DNA of 64,000 nucleotides, from positions 218,204 to 282,203 of the forward strand of contig CAZWDO010000003.1 in assembly GCA_964632485.1 (NCBI GenBank), written 5' to 3'. The notes below the pieces were generated by a model. That model was not told the origin of the DNA, made no database searches, and saw nothing but the letters and a program-made list of their open reading frames with translations. Shown here one piece after another: positions 18,053 to 27,106 of this stretch. Source of the DNA: an uncultured bacterium (GTDB lineage: Bacteria > JAGOEH01). The translations under genes were made by a program, and so were the position numbers. The first letter of the stretch is position 1. Each line of letters begins with the position of its first letter.

Positions 18053-20073
18053 AAATTCGTTACTTAATTGCCGGTATCATTTTTTCCCTGCTGATGCTAT
18101 TTACGTTTACTCCCTGGTATAGTGAACTTGAATTTTGGTGTTATGATACATTAGCAGGTCATTTATCGCGGACGGTCAGTGATTCAGTGGTATTAATCGC
18201 TGTTACGCGGGATGATTTAGAGGCATTGCAGAGTTATCCGATCGCCGATGACTATTGGGCATTGCTAATTGAGGGATTGGACCGGGTACAGGCCGGCCAG
18301 GTCATTATGGATATGTTTTTTCCTCCCCGTAAGGCGGATGATTGGGATATTTTGGGTTTAACGCTGGCGCGGACCCGTATTCCGGTTATTTTTTCAGTAC
18401 CTTGCGAATGGGTTGAGCAGAATAACCCGTTACCCTACCAACAATGGGTGAAGTATGGTTATAGTAATATCGATTTGTCGGTTGACGGGTATGCCCGTTC
18501 ACTTCCCTCCCGAGGACCCTGTTCACTCCCTGCATTATATCAGGTTGCCCTGGATTTGCCGGATCAATCCCAAGCTGCGAGTTGTTTACTGATTCCCCCC
18601 TATCCGTTTATAGAGGATTACCGTCATTATACACTGAACGAGGCGCTCAATCTGCTGAATCAGCCGGAAAGTTCCGATGCTTTTTCCCATAAGCGTGTTT
18701 TTGTTGGATATCATGTCCCCGGCATTGCCCCGTTTTTTCAAAGTCCTGCCAGCGATCAAGTATGTTCCGGACTTAATCTGCAGGCCAATTACGTAAATGC
18801 AATTCTGACGGGGAGTCGGATCGTCCGGCCTGAATTCAGCATACAACGCTTATGGTTATTTTTTTGGTGGATATTATTGAGCCTGGGGGTGTTATTTTTA
18901 ACTCGTAAACGAAGTATTATTTCTTTTTTAAGCATTTCATTTTTGTTTACGCTGATGATGCTTATAGTTTTATGGACAATGGGAGTTTATTTACCGTTGC
19001 TTTTCCCCATGATTGGCGGTATTTTTCTTTATATCATGTTAGGGTTTACGGTGGCGTTTGAACGGGAAAAAGAATTGCGAACCCGCTTAACGTCACAAAA
19101 CCACATTATCGAGCAAATTATCGCGAATCTGCCCGGTTTAGCAGCCTTGATGAATGAAGAAGGCGTGATTATATATAGAAATGGACGTGAAGGCGTCGGA
19201 ATCAGGCGAGAGGAAATAGATGATCGATATTGGCGGACGATTTTTGCCGGGAAGGAATCTGAAATCTGGTGGCAGCAGAAGGTGAATGGCCGTGATTATC
19301 GAATGATGCTGATTCGACTCTCCGGTCTAAAAGATTTTTGTGGACAAACCCGTGTACTTTTATTATCTTATGATATAACGGAGAATCTGGAATTGGAAAG
19401 TAAACTGAAACAACAGGAACATTTAGCTTCATTGGGTCGAATGGCGGCCAATGTGGCGCATGAAATCCGCAATCCATTGGCCGGTATGGAATTGACTGCC
19501 GCAAGTATCAGGGAAAAGGTATCGGATCGGCCGGAAGTTACTGCGTATGTAAATAATATGGCTTTAGCTCTCAACAGCTTAAACCGATTTGTCAGTGAAT
19601 TTTTAAAATTTAGCCGAAGTTTTCAGCTTAATCCGATTTATTGCGATTTGATACCAATTATCACCGAAGCCCTTGATCAAATTGATCGGGAGGGAAAACC
19701 GATCACAATTGAACGGAACGAGCCGGAACTCTTAATGCTCAGCGCCGATTGTGATCGTTTACGTCAAGTGATGATCAATCTTTTACAAAACAGTGTTCAG
19801 GCCATTCGTAATAATGGAGAAATTCGTATAGAAGCGCGCCAGATTGAGGATAGGGCAGTTATTACTCTGGCGGATAACGGAGAAGGTATAGACCCGGAAG
19901 ACCTGGAGAAAGTGATGGAGCCTTTTTTTACGACTCGGGCGCGCGGGATTGGATTGGGTTTGTCGATTTGCCGACAACTGATCGAGGCGCATGACGGACA
20001 GTTACAGATCGTCAGTCAACGGAATCTGGGAACGAAAGTGACAATTACCTTGCCGATTGGGAGTGAGTTATGA
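18049..20073 (+). CDS. Sensor histidine kinase with an N-terminal CHASE2 extracytoplasmic domain, a TM segment, and HisKA + HATPase_c domains
   Basis: N-terminal TM, then VLIAVTRDDLEALQSYPIADDYWALLIEGL...VIMDMFFP (CHASE2-like). H-box HLASLGRMAANVAHEIRNPL. G-boxes DNGEGIDPE...GIGLGLSICRQL. Confidence 0.8.
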   Translation: MKIRYLIAGIIFSLLMLFTFTPWYSELEFWCYDTLAGHLSRTVSDSVVLIAVTRDDLEALQSYPIADDYWALLIEGLDRVQAGQVIMDMFFPPRKADDWDILGLTLARTRIPVIFSVPCEWVEQNNPLPYQQWVKYGYSNIDLSVDGYARSLPSRGPCSLPALYQVALDLPDQSQAASCLLIPPYPFIEDYRHYTLNEALNLLNQPESSDAFSHKRVFVGYHVPGIAPFFQSPASDQVCSGLNLQANYVNAILTGSRIVRPEFSIQRLWLFFWWILLSLGVLFLTRKRSIISFLSISFLFTLMMLIVLWTMGVYLPLLFPMIGGIFLYIMLGFTVAFEREKELRTRLTSQNHIIEQIIANLPGLAALMNEEGVIIYRNGREGVGIRREEIDDRYWRTIFAGKESEIWWQQKVNGRDYRMMLIRLSGLKDFCGQTRVLLLSYDITENLELESKLKQQEHLASLGRMAANVAHEIRNPLAGMELTAASIREKVSDRPEVTAYVNNMALALNSLNRFVSEFLKFSRSFQLNPIYCDLIPIITEALDQIDREGKPITIERNEPELLMLSADCDRLRQVMINLLQNSVQAIRNNGEIRIEARQIEDRAVITLADNGEGIDPEDLEKVMEPFFTTRARGIGLGLSICRQLIEAHDGQLQIVSQRNLGTKVTITLPIGSEL

Positions 20074-21458
20074 CCGCTCAGATACTGGTTGTGGATGATG
20101 AACTCTATATGCGGGATACGATTGCCCATATATTAATGGATGAAGGGTACCGCGTGATGACTGCCGGTGATGGCGCAGAGGCGCTTAAAGAGATCGAAAA
20201 AACGGCGTTTGATGTCGTTTTAACCGATTTGCGCATGCCGGGTGAGATTAATGGTATGAAACTGCTTGAAATGATAAAGCAACGTGAATTTGAAACAAAA
20301 ACTATTATGATGACGGCTTACAGTAGCGTGGAAACCGCTGTTGACGCTATGCGGTTTGGAGCTTTTGACTATATACAAAAGCCGTTTCAACCGGTGGAAT
20401 TGAAAGTCAGAATCCAGCGGGCAGTGGAATCGATCCGCCGTCAACGGGTGGCGGAGAGTCAATTAGAGGAAGTGGATCAACGTTATACACTCATTGGTTT
20501 ATCACCGGCAATGGATGAAATCCGCCGATCGATCAAAGAGATCAGTCAAACAGATTTTCCTGTGTTGATTACCGGAGAAAGCGGTACGGGGAAGGAGTTG
20601 GTAGCGCGGCAGATTCACTTACAGAGCCGACGGCGGGAACAGCCTTTCGTGGCGCTGAATGTATCCACAATGAATGGTAATCTGGTTGAAAGCGAACTTT
20701 TCGGCCATGAAAAAGGGGCGTTTACCGGCGCTGTGAACCGGCGGATCGGGAAATTTGAACTGGCAACTGATGGCTCGCTTTTTCTTGACGAAATCGGTGA
20801 TTTAGACCTCGAAATGCAAACTAAATTCTTACGTGTATTACAGGAAAAAGAGTTTCATCGTGTGGGAGGCAATCAGTTGATTGTAACAAACACTCGCATT
20901 ATCGCCGCTACATTGCAGGATCTCTCTACCATGATTCAGGAAAATCGGTTTCGAGAAGACTTGTTTTACCGTTTGAATGTATATCCAATTCACATGCCGC
21001 CATTACGCCGACGCAAAGAGGATATCCCATTGCTGTTGGAACATATAGTCCGCAAGCATGAAGGCCAGATACCCCAACCCGTTGAACGCGTGGAGCCGGG
21101 TGTTGTCGATCGATTATGCGCGTATAATTGGCCCGGGAATGTGCGGGAATTTGAAAATGTCATAATTCGTATGCTGATCAGAACTCGGGATGGCGTGTTA
21201 CGGGCAGAGCAGATTCCGGCAGACATCGGTGGAACGGGCTTCATGCTGCAAGAAGGAGATAAGGAAACGTTGGAACAGTTAACCGATCGCTGGTTGGATA
21301 AAGTGATGCAAACAGGGAAAAACAAACCCCTGATGCAGTTCATCGAAAGTCTGATTGCTCAACGGTTTTTTATGCTTCACGGGGAAAAACAACGCGCGGC
21401 CGATTTGTTGGGCATTTCAAAACCGACCTATTTTAAATGGTTAAAGCGAGAATTATGA
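20070..21458 (+). CDS. Sigma-54-dependent response regulator (NtrC family: REC, AAA+ with GAFTGA, HTH)
   Basis: DDELYMRD...TDLRMPG (REC domain), GESGTGKE Walker A, EKGAFTGA sigma54-contact motif, and a C-terminal HTH (LLGISKPTYFKWLK). Confidence 0.85.
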   Translation: MTAQILVVDDELYMRDTIAHILMDEGYRVMTAGDGAEALKEIEKTAFDVVLTDLRMPGEINGMKLLEMIKQREFETKTIMMTAYSSVETAVDAMRFGAFDYIQKPFQPVELKVRIQRAVESIRRQRVAESQLEEVDQRYTLIGLSPAMDEIRRSIKEISQTDFPVLITGESGTGKELVARQIHLQSRRREQPFVALNVSTMNGNLVESELFGHEKGAFTGAVNRRIGKFELATDGSLFLDEIGDLDLEMQTKFLRVLQEKEFHRVGGNQLIVTNTRIIAATLQDLSTMIQENRFREDLFYRLNVYPIHMPPLRRRKEDIPLLLEHIVRKHEGQIPQPVERVEPGVVDRLCAYNWPGNVREFENVIIRMLIRTRDGVLRAEQIPADIGGTGFMLQEGDKETLEQLTDRWLDKVMQTGKNKPLMQFIESLIAQRFFMLHGEKQRAADLLGISKPTYFKWLKREL

Positions 21459-22693
21459 AAAAAATTGCTCTTTGTTTATTCCTTTGCGTAACATCCTTGG
21501 TCGCTCAATCCTGGGTAGCGCGTGTCCAGATTCTAAAAGGACAGGCTTTTTTAAATCGGGAACGGCTTAAAGTGGGACAGGAAATCAACCTTGCGCCCTC
21601 CGATACAATCCGCTGTGGCAAAGCAAGCCGTCTGGACCTTGAATTGACAGGGCTCTGCCACCTATCCCTGAAGGATTCAACAGAATTGGTTTTTCAGGAT
21701 CTCTATTTGCAGTTGCGATTAGGCATCATGCGACTGCGCCTGCCGGCAAAGGCAGAAGGTGAGCAACCATGGATTGTAAAAACCCGACAATTGCAAACAG
21801 CCGCGTTACAAGGCCGTAAATCCAGCGATTTCGCATTGTTAGCCAACGAAGATACAACCATTATTGCTGTTTACCAGGGCGATTCTTTACAGGTTCAACG
21901 TATGGATAATGGAGAAAAAGGTCTGGAAATCCTTTATCTAAAACCCTGGCAGGGATTCAGGCGCTTTTATGACCAGTGGGGCGGTCGCATCAACTGGCGC
22001 AATACACGGCTTGATATTACGATATGGGGCAAAGATTTATTGTATAACGACTGGTTAGAAAAACAATTATTGATAGATGAAGCCGCTTTTAATCTGGATT
22101 CTCTGATTAGCGACGGAAATCTTGATAGTTCTGATTTACATAATGCCTTGATGAAACGCGCTTATTTCGCTCTTTACGATAATGATCAAAAAGTTGCGGA
22201 AGATGCTATCCGGCAGGTATTGACGACAAATCATGAGTATCAGTTACCAGCAGATTTACAGTCTCCGAAATTTAAGGATCTATATTACCAAGTGATGGGC
22301 CAGGTTTCACAAGAGGCGGGATTAACTCCCCGGGCGGTTTCTTTATGGAATCCTCTCGTACCTGGATTGACCCAGCTAAATTGCGGCCAAACTTTGAAAG
22401 GCACTGTACTTTTAGGTACTCAAATGGTATTGCTGGCTGGGTTCTGGTACAATCAGACCCGGCAGGCTGATTATGAAAACCGGATGCGCCTGGCCACAAC
22501 TGCCGCGGATGTTGATCGTTATTATCAACAAAGCTTGCATCATTATGACCGGAAACAGGTTTTCTTTTATACCGCGTTAGGAGTTTATGCGTTCAATCTA
22601 CTGGATGCCTTCCATACCCGACATCGCTGGCAAGCGCAATTGCGGGCTTCACTTGAAAGTATTAACGTTGGAGTAGCCTGGAAGTTCGAATGA
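21455..22693 (+). CDS. FecR-like domain protein with a signal peptide (probably periplasmic or membrane-associated)
   Basis: Start at the ATGA overlap with the regulator stop. Signal MKKIALCLFLCVTSLVAQ. The beta-sandwich-like region (SRLDLELTGLCHLSLKDSTELVF...WIVKTRQLQTAAL...IIAVYQGDSLQV) resembles the FecR fold. Hydrophobic C-terminal segments are present. Confidence 0.45.
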   Translation: MKKIALCLFLCVTSLVAQSWVARVQILKGQAFLNRERLKVGQEINLAPSDTIRCGKASRLDLELTGLCHLSLKDSTELVFQDLYLQLRLGIMRLRLPAKAEGEQPWIVKTRQLQTAALQGRKSSDFALLANEDTTIIAVYQGDSLQVQRMDNGEKGLEILYLKPWQGFRRFYDQWGGRINWRNTRLDITIWGKDLLYNDWLEKQLLIDEAAFNLDSLISDGNLDSSDLHNALMKRAYFALYDNDQKVAEDAIRQVLTTNHEYQLPADLQSPKFKDLYYQVMGQVSQEAGLTPRAVSLWNPLVPGLTQLNCGQTLKGTVLLGTQMVLLAGFWYNQTRQADYENRMRLATTAADVDRYYQQSLHHYDRKQVFFYTALGVYAFNLLDAFHTRHRWQAQLRASLESINVGVAWKFE

Positions 22694-22703
22694 CCTTTCC
22701 CCA

Positions 22704-23753
22704 ATGGAATCCCGGATGATGACTAATAGATTTTGGATATTAATTATAGAATTGGCAATAATCATCGGATATAGTGTTTCCTGTTTTAATAAACCGATCA
22801 AACCGGACTTGCCGCCTGAGATTGTATGGTTTCAACCGTCCGATGGCATGAGCGTCATTGAGGGATCAACTGTGGTTTTTGAACTTAAAGGTCAGGATGA
22901 CCGTCGATTGGAGATGATTAAACTTTATTTGGATGGAACAATCGTTGATTCGGTTTTTAGTGATTCAATTCGGTATTCCTGGGTGACGACCGGGGCTGAG
23001 GGAGTGCATTCATGGTATTTTTATTTGCGTGATACTCATGATCAGATTATACAGACCGAATTGGCTTTGCTAACGGTGCAACCTTTTTCTTTTCAAGTGA
23101 TGGCGCCGGACAATGATTATTTTATAGTGGATACCCTTTCTTTATGGTTGAGATGCGAGAATTGGCAATTGGGGGGGCAATTGAGTGTCCTGGGAAATGA
23201 AATTCAACTTAATGAACCCTTCGATCTTCATAAGAAATTCCAAATTTCTTTAGATCAATTTTCTTCCGGAGCATACAATACAATGATTCGCATTTTGGAT
23301 AACCGGCAACAGCTATTAACAGAACAGGAATACACATTAATAAAAGTTAATGATGCCGTCCTGTCGTTTCCCGACACCCTGTTGGCCCGGGAACCGTACA
23401 ATTTTGTTTTACCGTTAAGAATTCAGGCGGTCCAACGACTTTATTCGCTGGATTTTAAAGTTTTATTTTACAAAGATGTCATTGTCATTGACAGTGTTAA
23501 ACCTGAGGGCGTGACTTCACAATACCTGGCATTTTCAACTACGCTGCTGAGCTCTCCGGAGCAAATGTCGGTTACATTTCGGGCGAAACCGGGGCAATTT
23601 GTTGATGGCGACCATCAGTTGTTTAAGTTTTTTGTCCATCGGGGCGCGCAATCCTACAGTGATCGTGTGAGTTTATTAAAATTTACCGGTATTTTGGGAA
23701 ATGGCGGCGCTTTATCTGTTTATGGCAACAACTGCCGAATCTGGTTTGAATAG
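22704..23753 (+). CDS. Membrane-anchored hypothetical protein (N-terminal TM, probably extracytoplasmic Ig-like beta domains)
   Basis: N-terminal hydrophobic anchor FWILIIELAIIIGYSV. The remainder is beta-rich. No recognisable catalytic motif. Confidence 0.45.
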   Translation: MESRMMTNRFWILIIELAIIIGYSVSCFNKPIKPDLPPEIVWFQPSDGMSVIEGSTVVFELKGQDDRRLEMIKLYLDGTIVDSVFSDSIRYSWVTTGAEGVHSWYFYLRDTHDQIIQTELALLTVQPFSFQVMAPDNDYFIVDTLSLWLRCENWQLGGQLSVLGNEIQLNEPFDLHKKFQISLDQFSSGAYNTMIRILDNRQQLLTEQEYTLIKVNDAVLSFPDTLLAREPYNFVLPLRIQAVQRLYSLDFKVLFYKDVIVIDSVKPEGVTSQYLAFSTTLLSSPEQMSVTFRAKPGQFVDGDHQLFKFFVHRGAQSYSDRVSLLKFTGILGNGGALSVYGNNCRIWFE

Positions 23754-23768
23754 ATTAGGGAGAGAATT

Positions 23769-25289
23769 ATGCAACGAATGATTTACACAGTTATATTTTT
23801 AGGTTTTATATTAGCAATGAGCCATCGCGCATCTACGATTTTAGTGGGGCCGGGCGGAGATATACAAAGCGCGATTGATCAATCGGTATGGGGCGATACG
23901 GTTTTATTAGAAAAGGATTTCCGCATTGTTCCTTCCTTGAGATTAAAAGATGGCGTCATTTTGCGTGGAATCAGAAAAGATAGTTGTATTTTAAATTTTG
24001 GCGGGGATGATTATTTCATCAGCGTGGAAAATACCAGTCGCAATGTTATTGAAAATTTAACAATTATCAGCATAGGCGTCTTGCCGAAATCGATGGTCTA
24101 TACAGATCAATGTCGGTATTTGAGTCTAAAAAACGTGGAGTTCCAGGGTGGAAATCTGTCAGTTTTCGCGAGGGGTAGTTATCTTTATATTGATAACGTT
24201 TTATTTTCCAATCGCCAGACAAATCTTGAATTGGAACTCAGCGGCGGGATTATTCGAAATTCCCGTTTTATGAGTGATAATAGCGGATTAATTATTAAAG
24301 GAAACGTTCGCGATTCATTGATTGTTGAAAATAATCGGTTTGAAACGGGGAAATCCATTGTATATTGTGAGAATGCGGGAAATGGATTACGCTTTCTTCA
24401 TAATGAATTTTCAGCGCCATCAGCGAATATGATGATCAATGCGATCGGCAGTTCGCTGGAGCTGGCATTCAATCGAATCCTGTTACAAACTAACGCGACG
24501 GGGATAGCGCTTTCCGGTTCATCTATGGCATATTTTCATCATAATGTTTTCCTCAGCGAGCAAAGCGGGAGCGCCATTGCGGCTGTCAACTGCGAAGCAG
24601 TTCTCTGCCATAACAATACATTTTTAAATTTTAGCAATGTATTGGCCGGATATGAATCGTATCTTTCTTTTGTCAATAATATTTGCGCCAATACATCGCT
24701 CATTGGCGATACGGCCATCCAATTGGTGAGTTCTAAAAAAAATGTGGTTCGATATAATGATTTTTGGGGATTTGAAGCAGATGTGAGTGGAACACTTGAC
24801 ACAGCATTATCAGAACATAATATATTTGCTGATCCTTATTTTATCAGCCAGGATTTTTCCGATACGCTCAATTTTTTATGTCTGGATTGTCAATCCCCCT
24901 GTATAGATAGCGGGGATCCAGCATTTGATGCTGGAAAAGAGCCGGATAATAGTATAATTGACATGGGATTTACCGGGAATACCGTGAGGGGCTGCGGTTA
25001 TAAAGCCGTCTCGGTCGATGAAGATAGCAGACAGCCGGAGGAAGATTTTAAATTAGCAGTTTATCCGCTTCCAGTTGACGACCATATTACCATCCGCTGG
25101 GGGGTTGATGAATTTGCAAGAGAAGTTTCGATTTATAATTTAATAGGGGAACGTGTGGCATGTTTTCCAGTTTCACCAGGATCAGTAAATTTTAGCTTTA
25201 ACTGTTCCAGGTTTCCTGCCGGGTGTTATTTGATCAGAGTGTTATCCGGCGGAAAAGCGCTGTATGCCAGGTTTATGATTTGCCGGTAG
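23769..25289 (+). CDS. Right-handed parallel beta-helix repeat protein with a C-terminal T9SS sorting domain
   Basis: Signal peptide. Repeated N-rich turns (NNVFLSE..., HNNTFLNFSN..., VNNICANTS...) typical of PbH1/pectin-lyase-like folds. The C-terminus reads KLAVYPLPVDDHITIRW...SIYNLIGERV...GCYLIRV, a T9SS CTD. Confidence 0.7.
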   Translation: MQRMIYTVIFLGFILAMSHRASTILVGPGGDIQSAIDQSVWGDTVLLEKDFRIVPSLRLKDGVILRGIRKDSCILNFGGDDYFISVENTSRNVIENLTIISIGVLPKSMVYTDQCRYLSLKNVEFQGGNLSVFARGSYLYIDNVLFSNRQTNLELELSGGIIRNSRFMSDNSGLIIKGNVRDSLIVENNRFETGKSIVYCENAGNGLRFLHNEFSAPSANMMINAIGSSLELAFNRILLQTNATGIALSGSSMAYFHHNVFLSEQSGSAIAAVNCEAVLCHNNTFLNFSNVLAGYESYLSFVNNICANTSLIGDTAIQLVSSKKNVVRYNDFWGFEADVSGTLDTALSEHNIFADPYFISQDFSDTLNFLCLDCQSPCIDSGDPAFDAGKEPDNSIIDMGFTGNTVRGCGYKAVSVDEDSRQPEEDFKLAVYPLPVDDHITIRWGVDEFAREVSIYNLIGERVACFPVSPGSVNFSFNCSRFPAGCYLIRVLSGGKALYARFMICR

Positions 25290-25483
25290 CTTTGATTTGT
25301 AAAAAGAAGCATCGGTTTCCAATCTATACTATTTTTTGTATGGTATCTCACCGGTTAAACTAAAGGCTGATTGATTAGTCCCGTGGAATGACGCGAATTG
25401 TAATATGTTATGGCCGAATGGGTCTGACTATCCGTTTGCAGACTCATTTTAATTTGCAATGATATAAAAAGAAAGGAAAGAGA

Positions 25484-26371
25484 ATGGAGAAAAGTAATTT
25501 AATTGGCGTGATTGGCGGGAGTGGATTTTATAAACTGGATGGTCTGAAAGTGATTGATCAAAAAGTAGTAGAGACTCCGTATGGAATGCCATCCAGCCCG
25601 TATATTATCGGGACGTATGAAGGGAAAACCATTGCATTTCTGGCGCGGCATGGTTTGAACCATCAGTATATCCCCAGCGACGTGAACTATCAGGCAAATA
25701 TATACGGATTCAAATTGTTGGGCGTGGAAGAAATTTACAGTTTCAGCGCAGTGGGTTCTTTGCAGGAGCTTTATAAGCCGGGAGATTTTGTTATAATCGA
25801 TCAATTTTTTGACCGTACAAAGAAACGGTTGGACACTTTTTTCGGTGGGGGAGTGGTCGCTCATGTCGGATTTGGCCAACCTGTCTGCCCTGTGATGCGA
25901 CAACGGATTTTGACCGCTTCCAAAGGGCTGGACGTTGCCGTACATGACGGCGGCGCTTATGTCTGCATGGAGGGACCAGCCTTTTCAACGCTGGCCGAGT
26001 CGCTTTTCTATCAGCGGCAGGGCTTTGCGGTGATCGGAATGACCAATCTGACAGAGGCGAAGCTGGCGCGGGAAGCGGAAATCTGTTATGCCTCGATTGC
26101 CATGGTGACAGATTACGACTGCTGGCATGAGAGCGAAGAAGCCGTCAGTGTCGAAATGGTGGTTCGCGTTCTGAAAGCCAACACCGCCCATGCGCATGGA
26201 TTATTGAGCCGCCTATTGGAAATGAGTGTTGGTGGAAGAGTTGAATGCGAATGCAGGGATGCCCTGAAAAATGCGATCATGTCGGATATCAGCAAAGTAT
26301 CACCGTCAGCGGTGAACCGTCTTAAAGCGATTATTCAACGCTACCTGCCTCATGACCAGCATGGGGATTAA
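25484..26371 (+). CDS. mtnP: S-methyl-5'-thioadenosine phosphorylase
   Basis: IGVIGGSGFY...GMPSSPY...GMTNLTEAKLAREAEICYASIAMVTDYDCW are conserved MTAP/PNP-family motifs. Confidence 0.85.
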   Translation: MEKSNLIGVIGGSGFYKLDGLKVIDQKVVETPYGMPSSPYIIGTYEGKTIAFLARHGLNHQYIPSDVNYQANIYGFKLLGVEEIYSFSAVGSLQELYKPGDFVIIDQFFDRTKKRLDTFFGGGVVAHVGFGQPVCPVMRQRILTASKGLDVAVHDGGAYVCMEGPAFSTLAESLFYQRQGFAVIGMTNLTEAKLAREAEICYASIAMVTDYDCWHESEEAVSVEMVVRVLKANTAHAHGLLSRLLEMSVGGRVECECRDALKNAIMSDISKVSPSAVNRLKAIIQRYLPHDQHGD

Positions 26372-26641
26372 AAAGTAACGTGTTACGGGAAAAAAGAATC
26401 CACCCATGAACCCAGCGTGAAAGCCGAGTACATCAGCCAGAGCTGAGCGACAATCCGTTTGAAATCGCGTTGAGTCTTTTGTGGAAAGATACTAAAGTAC
26501 CTTTTTGGGAACAAAAAGGAGAAATTGTAGTTAAATTGATCAATTTGGGTTATAATGAAGAGGATATCTTACAACTGGAAGTTTGAGTAGTTGTGAAAAC
26601 AGTTGTTTCGGCGGCATTTTGTTGGATGAATGAAAAAAACC

Positions 26642-26670
26642 TTGACAAATGAATTGAATTTATGTAAATT
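26642..26670 (+). promoter_or_regulatory. Sigma70-type promoter for tmRNA
   Basis: TTGACA - 17 bp - TAAATT, ~25 bp upstream of the mature tmRNA 5' end. Confidence 0.45.
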
Positions 26671-26694
26671 GGTAACAGGAGTGAAGTAGATTTT

Positions 26695-27043
26695 GGGGGC
26701 GAACATGGTTTCGACGGGGAAAAAGAAGTGCCGGTTGCATACCGAGGACCCTGAGGCCTCGTAAAAAACAGGGAACAAGTTAGCTGCGAACGATTACTCG
26801 TACGCCATGGCTGCCTAATTCGCGGCCTCCCTATTTGCTTTCTCCCCTGATGGGAAGTGAATCGGGTCGATTAGTCAGGGTGCTGCGCAGCCCGAGTCTG
26901 AGGGTCAGGCCTAAGAACAAACAGACTGGTCAGCAGTGACGTTGGCTTTCTCTCTTACTGCTGATGAGATTAAAAGAAAGCTATGTATGTAGACGCTGGT
27001 ATGGAAGATTCTTCGGACGTGGGTTCGACTCCCACCGCCTCCA
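26695..27043 (+). ncRNA. ssrA: Transfer-messenger RNA (tmRNA, SsrA)
   Basis: The 5' end GGGGGCGAACAUGGUUUCGACGGGG is the tRNA-like acceptor/D analogue. An internal ORF follows the resume codon: GCG AAC GAT TAC TCG TAC GCC ATG GCT GCC TAA, giving tag ANDYSYAMAA. The 3' end ends GGGUUCGACUCCCACCGCCUCCA (T-arm, acceptor strand complementary to the 5' GGGGGCG, discriminator A); CCA is not encoded. Confidence 0.85.
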
Positions 27044-27046
27044 TTC

Positions 27047-27084
27047 GCAAAAAAGCCCGGATTAACGTTATTCCGGGCTTTTTT
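27047..27084 (+). terminator. Rho-independent terminator of ssrA
   Basis: aaaaaaGCCCGGAttaacgttatTCCGGGCtttttt. Confidence 0.6.
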
Positions 27085-27106
27085 ACTTATAGGAGGAGAG
27101 CTTATT

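Noticed and set aside
25290-25483. Possible riboswitch or leader upstream of mtnP
   Set aside because: No recognisable SAM/MTA riboswitch core (no conserved kink-turn or pseudoknot signatures) could be identified by eye; it would need an Rfam scan.
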